In this document: one piece after another, positions 23,593-31,428 of the stretch
Layout of the letters: the number at the start of each line of letters is the position of its first letter
Position numbering within the stretch: position 1 is the first letter of the stretch
Source: a virus
Strand: one strand, 5' to 3'
IMG/VR virus record: IMGVR_UViG_3300043119_000202
Location: 1 to 45,633 of that record
Length of the DNA stretch: 45,633 nt
The notes under the pieces: model-generated
Databases searched by the model: none
What the model was told of the DNA's origin: nothing
What the model saw: the letters and a program-made list of their open reading frames with translations, nothing else
Translations under genes and position numbers: made by a program

Positions 23593-24624
23593 TCAGATAA
23601 GGCTTTCCTGGGTCATTTGCTCGCCTTGATCAAAACGATCAGCGGCAAGCTCAAGATTGATTCGCGCCTGCTTGAAATAGCTGTCTTTCAGCTCGATACC
23701 GATAGCTTTACGGCCCATGCTAACCGGGCTGTAAACCTCGCTACCAACGCCCATAAACGGCGTTAGAACAGTCTCGCCCTTGTTGCTGTACATGTAGACC
23801 AGCCGGTCGATAACGTCGAGTTGCAGCGGGTGGACGTGCTTTTCGTCGTCATCCTCTTTGCTGTCACGGAAAGGCAGGACGTTGTCGATACGAATGTCGT
23901 CCCAGAACGCATCGGCATAACGACGCCAGGTGTAGTGGCTCAGCTTGTTGGTTTTCGGGTCTTTGTGGTTGGCATACTTGGTATTCAGGTACTCCCACAA
24001 CTGTTCGCAGGTATCCATGTGCGGGTTATCTTCTGAGTTGTTCCACGCCTCCAGAAAGTGCGGGAGGATGGGCTGCTCGCCAAAGTACGGAAACTCAGTA
24101 AGGCCAAAGTCATGAGTGACTGGCACCTCGGTGTCGCCCTTGCGGGTGAAGATCAGCACATAGTCAGGCATAGCAGAGAAACACTTGGTCATATCCTCTA
24201 CCACCAGCTTGTGCATCAAGCTCTTCACCATCGTGCGCATGCGCACCTTCAGCGGCTCCTTGCGGATACCTTGACGGCAACGGAACTGAAACCCGTGTTT
24301 CTGGTGGATCTTGATAATCTCCCCAGGGAAGTCCCACAGGTTACAGTCGTTGTCGAAAACATCGGTGCAATGCACGGCAGTGATTCGGCCAGGCTTGGTA
24401 ATCCGCGCAATCTCTTTAACCATGAACTCGTACTGAATCAGGAACTGTTCCCGAGTCTCGCAGTTGCTCATGTCGCGGTGGTCGCTGCTGTATTGGTACA
24501 GGCCGCAAAATGGCGGGCTATAAATCGACAGATCAACCGAGTTGTCTGGAATGGTCGGCAATACCGCCATGTTGTCGCCGTTGTAGATGCTGTAGCTTTC
24601 GGTGTGGATTTGATCTTTGACCAT
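23593..24624 (-). CDS. DNA methyltransferase, beta-class N4/N6 (motif IV = SPPF, suggesting N4-cytosine specificity)
   Basis: IYSPPFCGLYQYS lies near the N-terminus and LTPFMGVGSE (FxGxG-like AdoMet motif) near the C-terminus. Confidence 0.8.
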   Translation of the reverse strand: MVKDQIHTESYSIYNGDNMAVLPTIPDNSVDLSIYSPPFCGLYQYSSDHRDMSNCETREQFLIQYEFMVKEIARITKPGRITAVHCTDVFDNDCNLWDFPGEIIKIHQKHGFQFRCRQGIRKEPLKVRMRTMVKSLMHKLVVEDMTKCFSAMPDYVLIFTRKGDTEVPVTHDFGLTEFPYFGEQPILPHFLEAWNNSEDNPHMDTCEQLWEYLNTKYANHKDPKTNKLSHYTWRRYADAFWDDIRIDNVLPFRDSKEDDDEKHVHPLQLDVIDRLVYMYSNKGETVLTPFMGVGSEVYSPVSMGRKAIGIELKDSYFKQARINLELAADRFDQGEQMTQESLI

Positions 24625-24634
24625 GATGATTCCC

Positions 24635-26002
24635 TCAGATGAATTTAGGCAGCTGGATTGCTTTGTCGTGACCTTTTACGGTCATGCTGAAATCGCGGTT
24701 AGCGTTTGCCACTAGGTTCCCGTATAGCTCGATTGCCTTCTGTGTTTTCTGCTGTAGCGCCTCCATAACGCGCTCCTGGCCGTCGCTGATAACCAGATCA
24801 CAGGTTACCGGGTGCTTTTGCCCGAAACGCCAGAATCGGCGAACAGCTTGGTAATACTGCTCATAGCTCCAGGTCGGGAAATATACGGTGTGCTGGCAGT
24901 GCTGCCAGTTCAGACCCATCGAGGTCATTCTGGCCTTAGTGATAAGGCGCTCGATGTTACCCCTGGCGAAATCGACAAGGATCGACTCTTTTTTGTCGAT
25001 TGTCATGCCTCCAATGATCTCGACGGCATCCTTGTCCATTGATGCCAGCAGTGCACTCTCTTCGTTCAGGTTGCACCAGTAGACCGAGGTCTTACCCGAT
25101 GCCAACTGGTACGCCTTTTCGCAGCGCTCAGTCACGGTTAGCTTCTGTTCCTCGCGCACCTCGGTCATGGTTTTAGCCGGCATGGCGAACAGAGAAGCCT
25201 GTCCGCCGATAGACCACTGTTTGTCGTTGTGTACCACATGGCTGTTAGTGTGCAGCGGCGGTAGCTCATAGCCCTTGTCGGAGAACCCAAGGTCTGACGG
25301 CTTCTTGACCATGATCGACCACTGATTCACCCACGCAAAAAAGTCCTTTTCTGCGTGAGGCTTCAGGTAGAACTTTTCACCGATGTTGCGGTTGTTGCTG
25401 TCCACGCTGTTCTGGTTGCTACGGAAAAACTTCCCGAGCATGTCCATATAGCCCATATAACCGAGCGCCTCCGAGCTGTTGCCAAGCTCGATAAAGTCGT
25501 TTGGCGAAGGCGTTGCGGTGGACAGGAAGCGGTAAGGCACCTTTTTGATAAACGCCACGATGGCGTCACGGGTTTTACCGGCAAAGTTTTTCAGTATGCT
25601 TGACTCGTCCAGCATGACGCACTCGAAGTCATCCGGGCAAAGTAGGTGCAGGCGCTCATAGTTACAGACGACGATCTTTTTCGAGAAAGTGCCGTCCTTG
25701 CTGTGTTCAATGTCGTCAATCCCGATTCGCTCGGCTTCGTCGATAAACTGGAATGCAACAGCAAGCGGCGTCAGAATCAGCACGCGCTTGTTTGTCACGC
25801 GGATGATGTTCTCTGCTACGGCCAGTTGTTGCAGTGTCTTGCCCAGGCCGGTATCAGCGAAGATCCCGACGCGCCCCTTGCGCACAGCCTTGGCAATGAT
25901 GAACTCCTGAAAGTCGAACGCACCTTCAGGCATCCATACCGGCTCAAAACCAAAGTTGCCAATCGTGTGGCGCTTTGATTCTAGAAACTCCTGATAATCC
26001 AT
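24635..26002 (-). CDS. SNF2-family (SF2) helicase
   Basis: Walker A GIFADTGLGKT and motif II VMLDESS. ATG 26002 (MDYQEF) chosen over the TTG at 26014. Confidence 0.8.
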   Translation of the reverse strand: MDYQEFLESKRHTIGNFGFEPVWMPEGAFDFQEFIIAKAVRKGRVGIFADTGLGKTLQQLAVAENIIRVTNKRVLILTPLAVAFQFIDEAERIGIDDIEHSKDGTFSKKIVVCNYERLHLLCPDDFECVMLDESSILKNFAGKTRDAIVAFIKKVPYRFLSTATPSPNDFIELGNSSEALGYMGYMDMLGKFFRSNQNSVDSNNRNIGEKFYLKPHAEKDFFAWVNQWSIMVKKPSDLGFSDKGYELPPLHTNSHVVHNDKQWSIGGQASLFAMPAKTMTEVREEQKLTVTERCEKAYQLASGKTSVYWCNLNEESALLASMDKDAVEIIGGMTIDKKESILVDFARGNIERLITKARMTSMGLNWQHCQHTVYFPTWSYEQYYQAVRRFWRFGQKHPVTCDLVISDGQERVMEALQQKTQKAIELYGNLVANANRDFSMTVKGHDKAIQLPKFI

Positions 26003-26169
26003 TAACCCCTCCAACTCTCAAAATACCGCACCTTCTGTATGGTGCGATGGTGAACTCCATATACCTCAGCCTGCTGTTTCATTGTCAGGCCGCGTCTGTT
26101 TACTCGTATTTCCTCGACCTGGCTGGCGGTCAGCTTTGGCCGTCGATGGGGTTGGTGTGCGGCGGGCAT
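26002..26169 (-). CDS. 55-aa helix-turn-helix protein (Hin/resolvase-type HTH; not in the ORF track)
   Basis: Hand translation: MPAAHQPHRRPKLTASQVEEIRVNRRGLTMKQQAEVYGVHHRTIQKVRYFESWRG. Its TAA overlaps the helicase ATG (TAATG). Confidence 0.5.
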   Translation of the reverse strand: MPAAHQPHRRPKLTASQVEEIRVNRRGLTMKQQAEVYGVHHRTIQKVRYFESWRG

Positions 26170-26182
26170 AGTTGATCAACTC

Positions 26183-26359
26183 TCAGCAATTGGCGTTGTG
26201 GCGTTCAATCTCGCGGTTCATCGCTTCGCAGACTTTGCGGGCACGATTCTCGTTGGTTCCGAATTTAGCGATCACCTCACCCTGCACACCGAGAATTACA
26301 AACTCGCCGTTGCGAATGTTGACGCCAGATTTCGGGGTTTTCATGTTGTGCTTGATCAT
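26183..26359 (-). CDS. 58-aa hypothetical protein
   Basis: ATG 26359 is preceded by ctggaggg. The longer ORF-track form would include the promoter at 26400..26428. Confidence 0.5.
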   Translation of the reverse strand: MIKHNMKTPKSGVNIRNGEFVILGVQGEVIAKFGTNENRARKVCEAMNREIERHNANC

Positions 26360-26399
26360 TTCCGCTGCCCTCCAGGGCGTTGTTCGTTTCGATGGCTTA

Positions 26400-26428
26400 A
26401 CTATATCCAAAAAATAACGACGTGACAA
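26400..26428 (-). promoter_or_regulatory. Sigma70-like promoter TTGTCA-17-TATAGT with inverted repeat GTGAC-N2-GTCAC over the -35
   Basis: The minus strand reads ttgtca cgtcgttattttttgga tatagt. Inverted repeat gtgacaagtcac lies at 26422..26433. Confidence 0.5.
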
Positions 26429-26429
26429 G

Positions 26430-26636
26430 TCACAAAACGTGATTTTCAATCAACCACGTCAACGCCTCACCCTTCCATTGTTTCCCGGTGAAACCCTGCG
26501 CCCTGGCGATTTCCTCCAGCTTGCGCATGGTCGCGCCGTAGACGATGAACTGGATGCGTCCACCGCCCAGCTTGGCCAGCGCTTCAGCCTCCTGCTTGCG
26601 CTGCTTGGCTTTGCGTTCTGAGTCGGTCATGGGCAT
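26430..26636 (-). CDS. Hypothetical small protein (66-68 aa)
   Basis: Two in-frame ATGs (26636 and 26630). The second overlaps the upstream stop (ATGA). Confidence 0.55.
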   Translation of the reverse strand: MPMTDSERKAKQRKQEAEALAKLGGGRIQFIVYGATMRKLEEIARAQGFTGKQWKGEALTWLIENHVL

Positions 26637-26782
26637 GGGGTCAGCTCCAGATCGCGATCATTCCATCCGGCCAGCCACCAGTGGCGCAGCTCCCAGTTAA
26701 GCGTGGCAGGCGGTATCTTGTTGCCGCCCTGTTCGCGGCGTTCGCGGCCTTGGTGGTAGGCGCGGGGTTCGTTGGGTTTCAT
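26627..26782 (-). CDS. 51-aa Rmf/CrpP-like peptide (not in the ORF track)
   Basis: Hand translation: MKPNEPRAYHQGRERREQGGNKIPPATLNWELRHWWLAGWNDRDLELTPCP. ATGA overlaps at both ends. The pattern AY.QG...G....P......W..GW recalls Rmf/CrpP. Confidence 0.45.
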   Translation of the reverse strand: MKPNEPRAYHQGRERREQGGNKIPPATLNWELRHWWLAGWNDRDLELTPCP

Positions 26783-27063
26783 GGGTTGCGCTCCATGGCG
26801 GTGTCGATGGCGGCGTCGATGTCATCTCCAGACCACGGGATAAGCTCCCAAGAGCCCACCTCGGCAATTGTGAGAGATCCACTCATTCCGCATTGCTCGC
26901 GAAGCCACCTGTACCGCGCCGCATCAGCCTCTGCCGCTCTCAGGCGGGCGATAAGGCCGCGAAGCGGCCCGGCATGAATCTTTAGTGTTGACCCGCCAAA
27001 TGACAAAAACCGCTCAATCTCCGCCAACTGCTCGTCTGTAATGCTGGTGACTGGGCTTTTCAT
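26779..27063 (-). CDS. Hypothetical protein (94 aa)
   Basis: Clean ORF with overlapping stop/start contexts at both ends. Confidence 0.6.
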   Translation of the reverse strand: MKSPVTSITDEQLAEIERFLSFGGSTLKIHAGPLRGLIARLRAAEADAARYRWLREQCGMSGSLTIAEVGSWELIPWSGDDIDAAIDTAMERNP

Positions 27064-27287
27064 GCTGTTCTCCTCAGTAAGTGCTTCGCATCCCGAAGCC
27101 GTTGAACCTGTTTGCTTGCCGCTCGCCGCGCCTTGTCAATCAAGCAATCCCGCACGCCTTCGCAGTATTGCCGCTGATAGTGGCCATCGTTGATATAGCT
27201 GATCAGTGCGCCTAGTTCGATCATCGGCGCTGGCGATATACCCAGGCGGCGTATCGCCTCGCGTGCCTGGCGTTCGTGGGCGGTCAT
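27060..27287 (-). CDS. Hypothetical protein (75 aa)
   Basis: Overlapping start and stop with its neighbours. Confidence 0.6.
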   Translation of the reverse strand: MTAHERQAREAIRRLGISPAPMIELGALISYINDGHYQRQYCEGVRDCLIDKARRAASKQVQRLRDAKHLLRRTA

Positions 27288-27550
27288 GCTTGGCTCCTTG
27301 CCTTGGCGATGGCGGAGCGGGCAATACCCTGCATCCGCTTAATGCATCCAGAGTTGTTCTCATGAATCGGTGAGTTCATTTCTGCATGGACAACATTATC
27401 CAGCGCCTCCAGCAGCTCGGCATTCAGGGATTGCAGGGCGTCATGACTTGTGCGCCAGTAGCATACGTCGCACAGGTCTTCATATTTTCCAGCGAGTCGC
27501 CCATGCAGGTGATGGTTGATCGCATAGCTTCCGCATATACATTGCATCAT
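27284..27550 (-). CDS. Hypothetical Cys/His-containing protein (88 aa)
   Basis: CICGSYAINHHLHG...CDVCYW suggests a zinc-binding N-terminus. Confidence 0.55.
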   Translation of the reverse strand: MMQCICGSYAINHHLHGRLAGKYEDLCDVCYWRTSHDALQSLNAELLEALDNVVHAEMNSPIHENNSGCIKRMQGIARSAIAKARSQA

Positions 27551-27918
27551 TCTTCATCCTCCAAACTATCCGCATAAACCTGAGCCAGTGGGCGCACCAA
27601 TTCTTCAGCCATTGCGCGCACGTCCTCTTTCGTGATCAGCAGGCGCAGTGCGGCGCTTGCTTTGTCGATATCGCCAGCCAGGACGTTGCGCAGTACCTGG
27701 CCTAGTGCGCCGTCGTAGTCCTCGCCAAAGTTGTAGGTATCGACAACATGCTTTGCCAGCGCATCGTCAAGCCGCATGACTTCTTCTTCGATCCGCTTGC
27801 CTGCGACATACAGCGTGTCTTCGATCAGGTCGTCGACCGCGCCGGCCAGCCAGTTCTGGCCCTCGGTGGTGTCGAGGAACTGGTCAGGTTGCAGGTGGTG
27901 CATTGGAGCGTTGCTCAT
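27547..27918 (-). CDS. Strongly acidic early protein (123 aa)
   Basis: ATG 27918 (MSNAPMHH) overlaps the upstream stop (ATGA). Hand count: 27 Asp/Glu against 10 Lys/Arg. Confidence 0.6.
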   Translation of the reverse strand: MSNAPMHHLQPDQFLDTTEGQNWLAGAVDDLIEDTLYVAGKRIEEEVMRLDDALAKHVVDTYNFGEDYDGALGQVLRNVLAGDIDKASAALRLLITKEDVRAMAEELVRPLAQVYADSLEDEE

Positions 27919-28070
27919 ACCACCCCCTCCCATTCCCGCTTAGCATCCCAATACGCCGCAAGCGCGGCACCCATTGCAAGCCAGTCGCGCATGGCGTGCA
28001 GCTCGCGTAGTTTCTTGATTGCTCGATTCAGCCGGCCCATGGCGGCGGCTCGTTTGGCTGGGGTGTTCAT
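27915..28070 (-). CDS. 51-aa hypothetical protein (not in the ORF track)
   Basis: RBS aggaga 6 nt before ATG 28070. Hand translation: MNTPAKRAAAMGRLNRAIKKLRELHAMRDWLAMGAALAAYWDAKREWEGVV. Its stop overlaps the next ATG. Confidence 0.45.
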   Translation of the reverse strand: MNTPAKRAAAMGRLNRAIKKLRELHAMRDWLAMGAALAAYWDAKREWEGVV

Positions 28071-28085
28071 GGTGTTCTCCTGTGG

Positions 28086-28310
28086 CTAGTAATTTCTATC
28101 GAACCAATAATCATGGCCCTCATTGGAATCTGACCAAGGAAACAACATATCCAGAGAATCTGTTTCTTCAATAAAGGATTCTGGATCGCATCCGCTTTCT
28201 TTGACGTTTGCGATTACCCGGTCAGAGTCGCGGCGCACAGCGGCATCAAGGGCATCGCCCGATAGGCCGATTGATTTATGGAATCTGGTGAGCTGGTCAA
28301 TGTATTTCAT
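28086..28310 (-). CDS. Hypothetical acidic protein (74 aa)
   Basis: RBS ggaga upstream. GC is lower than the flanks by eye. Confidence 0.6.
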   Translation of the reverse strand: MKYIDQLTRFHKSIGLSGDALDAAVRRDSDRVIANVKESGCDPESFIEETDSLDMLFPWSDSNEGHDYWFDRNY

Positions 28311-28345
28311 GGTTTTCTCCAGTGGTGTGACCTGTCCTTAGTATT

Positions 28346-28771
28346 TTATATATCTTGCGAGGGAGTGCAAGGGTTATTTTTAACGTATGCCTCGACAGCC
28401 TCCATTGCCGCTTCCCAGCCTAGCGCGACCGCTATGATGCAGCCGCGCGCTTGACATGCATCCAGGTACTCAAGCTGGCCAGGCTGCCATTTGCTTTTTG
28501 TGTGGTCACGTCGCTTTATCTCGATGATCAGCGAGGGACAGCCGGGTATCACTACGTCTGACGCCCCCGTGTTCATGCCCTCGGCCTTGTGCCGCTGCGC
28601 CTGTTGCGCCGTGCGCTTTCCTTCGTTGCGCGGATGCAGCGCAACATCGGCAAGCGTTGGGTGGCGCTTGCGCAGTTGGGAAAAGAACGTCACTTGTTCG
28701 GCGGCTTCTTGCGGGCAGTCGCCACGAAATGACATGTCGCCGTATACGGGAAGCCAATCGTAGAACTTCAT
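28346..28771 (-). CDS. VRR-NUC domain nuclease
   Basis: GASDVVIP...LIIEIKRRDH...QPGQLEYL fits the D...ExK...Q VRR-NUC core. Confidence 0.65.
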   Translation of the reverse strand: MKFYDWLPVYGDMSFRGDCPQEAAEQVTFFSQLRKRHPTLADVALHPRNEGKRTAQQAQRHKAEGMNTGASDVVIPGCPSLIIEIKRRDHTKSKWQPGQLEYLDACQARGCIIAVALGWEAAMEAVEAYVKNNPCTPSQDI

Positions 28772-30570
28772 GCAATCAACCTCTGTTGTAGTTGTTCATC
28801 GTCAGTCGGTGCGCCAAAGCCCAGCGCTTCCCAAAAGTCGCCTTTCTTGACGTAGGTGATGGTGCGCGGCGTGGTGGTGAAGTCGTCAGTGGCCAGCGCG
28901 AACGCCATGCGCTTCTGCGCCTGCCAGTTGGTGCTCTCCAGCAGGTAGATGGGGAACTTGCGCCGTGGCGTTGTCACCTCTGCCGTGATCATGTCGTTAC
29001 CCGAGCGACTGACCCCGCGCGTGTAGGTGATCCCCAGCACTTCCTCGGTCTGCGGCTTTGTCGGGTCTTTCTTGTGCGCCTGGTGCATCTCAATGAGCTT
29101 GCTCGCCGGGTCTATCAACTCGCACTTACAAGCAGAACAGAACCGAGCCGCAATATCATTCGCATGGTCACACACCGGGCAAACCTTGCAACTCCAGTAG
29201 TAGTCACAGCGCTCGCCAGTGCGCATGTGGACATGCTGGCAGCGGCGCCCGTAGTGGGCTGCGAGCGGTACGCTCTCGCCTTTATGATTTTCAACCTGAA
29301 TTCTTTCTCCGGTTAGGTCCGTAAAATACCCATTTGCATCTACGTTAAACCCCTCCTCATTTCTTCGCGCACTGAAGATGTTTACTCTTTCGCATGATTC
29401 GCAAATAGCCTCTATCGGCTCGCCTTCTTCGCCTTTATATGAAGCCTTGATACTTGGATTGAATATGTCCCCATCTTCCGCGTGGCGCTCGAAGTTTTTT
29501 GCATAGTCAAGAAGGAGAACGTCTTCTTTTCCTTCAAACAGGCGAAGGCCCCTTCCTATAATTTGAGCAAGAAGGCGCGCCGACTCGGTAGCGCGCATCA
29601 GAACAATGCCGTCCACACGCGGGCAGTCCCATCCAACGGTCAAAACGTTCACGTTGATAAGGACGCGCAATCCACCGGAACCGAACTTCTCAAGGATTTT
29701 GTCTCGGTCTTTTGTTTTCCCGTGAACAACAGCGGCAATGCCAGGATGAAGGCTGGCGTAAATCTCTTCGGCGTGCTTGATGGTCGCCGCGAAAAACACG
29801 ATAGACTTGCGCCCTGCCATCCGATCCATGGCGTCTGCAACAATCGCGGCGGTCTTCCGCCCGTGCCCAACAAACACCCGATCAACGTCACCAGGGGCGA
29901 ACTTGCCAGCCTTGTTTGGCGTTAACGATAGAGCATCGTAGCTGTCGCGACCTGTGTCGCCCACGATTGCCGGTGTGAGGTATCCGGCGTCCAGTAACTG
30001 GCGCGTGCTTACCGTGTACAGTTTCTTTGCGTAGTAAGGATCGCGTGCAATGTTTTCAGGTAGTGCCCGGCCATTCTCATCTTCCCGATAAACGTAACCA
30101 TCGGTGGTTGTGAATGGTGTCCCGGTGGTGCCTATAACTCTAAGGTTTGGACTACCCTTCTTCATGTCTTCGATGATTTCACGGATCACCGGCGTCGTGC
30201 CTTCGCATTCATCGATGATCACGGCGGCGAACTCGGAGCCAAGGCGGCGCGCCACCGGCTTAAATGTCATGGGTGTAGCAAAAACCACAGGGTGGCGTAG
30301 GCTTTTCTGTTTTGCGCTAGCGCTGTATATGCTTGCCTTCAATCCTAGCCCTGTGTACTTGCTCTGGTTCTGAATAACAAGCTCAGAGCGAGGTGCAAGG
30401 CAAAGAATTCTCTTTCCGCTCATTTCGTGAATTATGCGTGCAACTTCGGCGATATAGATTGATTTTCCGGCACCCACGGACATTTCTGAAAGGCAAGGCA
30501 GAGTGGACTTCTTTACCCATTCGATGGTTTTGTCTACAGCTTCTTGTTGGTATGGGCGAAGAGTTATCAT
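28768..30570 (-). CDS. SF2 DEAD/DEAH (ResIII-type) helicase with a Cys-rich C-terminal region
   Basis: RPYQQEAV, Walker A SVGAGKS and motif II IIDECE. The C-terminus carries several CxxC pairs. ATG 30570 overlaps the HNH stop (ATGA). Confidence 0.8.
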   Translation of the reverse strand: MITLRPYQQEAVDKTIEWVKKSTLPCLSEMSVGAGKSIYIAEVARIIHEMSGKRILCLAPRSELVIQNQSKYTGLGLKASIYSASAKQKSLRHPVVFATPMTFKPVARRLGSEFAAVIIDECEGTTPVIREIIEDMKKGSPNLRVIGTTGTPFTTTDGYVYREDENGRALPENIARDPYYAKKLYTVSTRQLLDAGYLTPAIVGDTGRDSYDALSLTPNKAGKFAPGDVDRVFVGHGRKTAAIVADAMDRMAGRKSIVFFAATIKHAEEIYASLHPGIAAVVHGKTKDRDKILEKFGSGGLRVLINVNVLTVGWDCPRVDGIVLMRATESARLLAQIIGRGLRLFEGKEDVLLLDYAKNFERHAEDGDIFNPSIKASYKGEEGEPIEAICESCERVNIFSARRNEEGFNVDANGYFTDLTGERIQVENHKGESVPLAAHYGRRCQHVHMRTGERCDYYWSCKVCPVCDHANDIAARFCSACKCELIDPASKLIEMHQAHKKDPTKPQTEEVLGITYTRGVSRSGNDMITAEVTTPRRKFPIYLLESTNWQAQKRMAFALATDDFTTTPRTITYVKKGDFWEALGFGAPTDDEQLQQRLIA

Positions 30571-31322
30571 TGTCTGCACCCCATCACCGAAAAGAATTTA
30601 TTAGCCTGAATCTCGCAATGTGCTGCACCTTTCGAAAGGTTATCTTTTGCCCATAACGGTTGAAGATTCGTGTAGTGGTTTAATGCTATAACTTCTTCTT
30701 CCGTTGCCCCTAAAGCAAGAGGGATTATGTGATCTATATGCCACTCCCCTCTGTTGTCCCAGGACATTCCTTCCTTGAACTTAGACTCAAGATGGCGTTT
30801 TAATTCATCGAAAGAGCACCCGATTATTTCCATGGTTTTGCTTTTTTTGCTATATCCATTCTTTTTGAAAGACTGCAATATCAACCCTCGGATATTATCT
30901 CTAAGCCGAAAAATTGGCTCTTCGTAATACCTCGTGATGAATCTTTCTTTTAGTTTTGAAGAAGTGCGCTTCCTGTATTCCTTGTCGTACTCCTGCTTTA
31001 GCTTCTTGTTTTTAAAGTACCACTCGGATGATTTTTTAATGATGGCTGCTGCGTTATCCTCATGATATCTGCGCTTGTTCATTTTTATTTTTTCTTTATT
31101 TTCTTCCCTGTACCGCTTTTGGACTTCCCTGATCTTTTCCTTGTTTGCTTCCCTGTATTTCTTATCGCTAATGGATTTTTTTTCTGAATTCAGATATCTA
31201 GTCTCGCGCATACATTCTTTGCATTGAGATCTTCGCCCTGAAGGCCCGTCTATCTGAATGTTAAAACTTGAATGGGTTTTCACTATTTTGCATTTACTGC
31301 ATTTTTTAGTTTGCTCAGACAC
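30567..31322 (-). CDS. Free-standing HNH endonuclease
   Basis: WHIDHIIPLALGATEEEVIALNHYTNLQPLWAKDN (HNH core). N-terminal CSKC...CKEC and Lys-rich Y(R/K)E.NKEKI repeats. AT-rich: hand counts of 20/60 and 21/60 GC in lines 31081 and 30901. Confidence 0.8.
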   Translation of the reverse strand: MSEQTKKCSKCKIVKTHSSFNIQIDGPSGRRSQCKECMRETRYLNSEKKSISDKKYREANKEKIREVQKRYREENKEKIKMNKRRYHEDNAAAIIKKSSEWYFKNKKLKQEYDKEYRKRTSSKLKERFITRYYEEPIFRLRDNIRGLILQSFKKNGYSKKSKTMEIIGCSFDELKRHLESKFKEGMSWDNRGEWHIDHIIPLALGATEEEVIALNHYTNLQPLWAKDNLSKGAAHCEIQANKFFSVMGCRQ

Positions 31323-31419
31323 TGATTCTCACTCCGCTCAAGTGGCCGCTAAAAGAAAGGGCGCTCGGAAACTAGTAGCGTTCTAGCTTATCGGATGGCC
31401 GTCCTATCCGAGCAGGATG

Positions 31420-31428
31420 ATTATATCA
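31420..31428 (-). promoter_or_regulatory. Extended -10 promoter element TGATATAAT upstream of the HNH gene
   Basis: The minus strand reads cgTGaTATAATcat. The TGA is also the stop codon of the YqaJ-like gene. No good -35 element. Confidence 0.4.
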
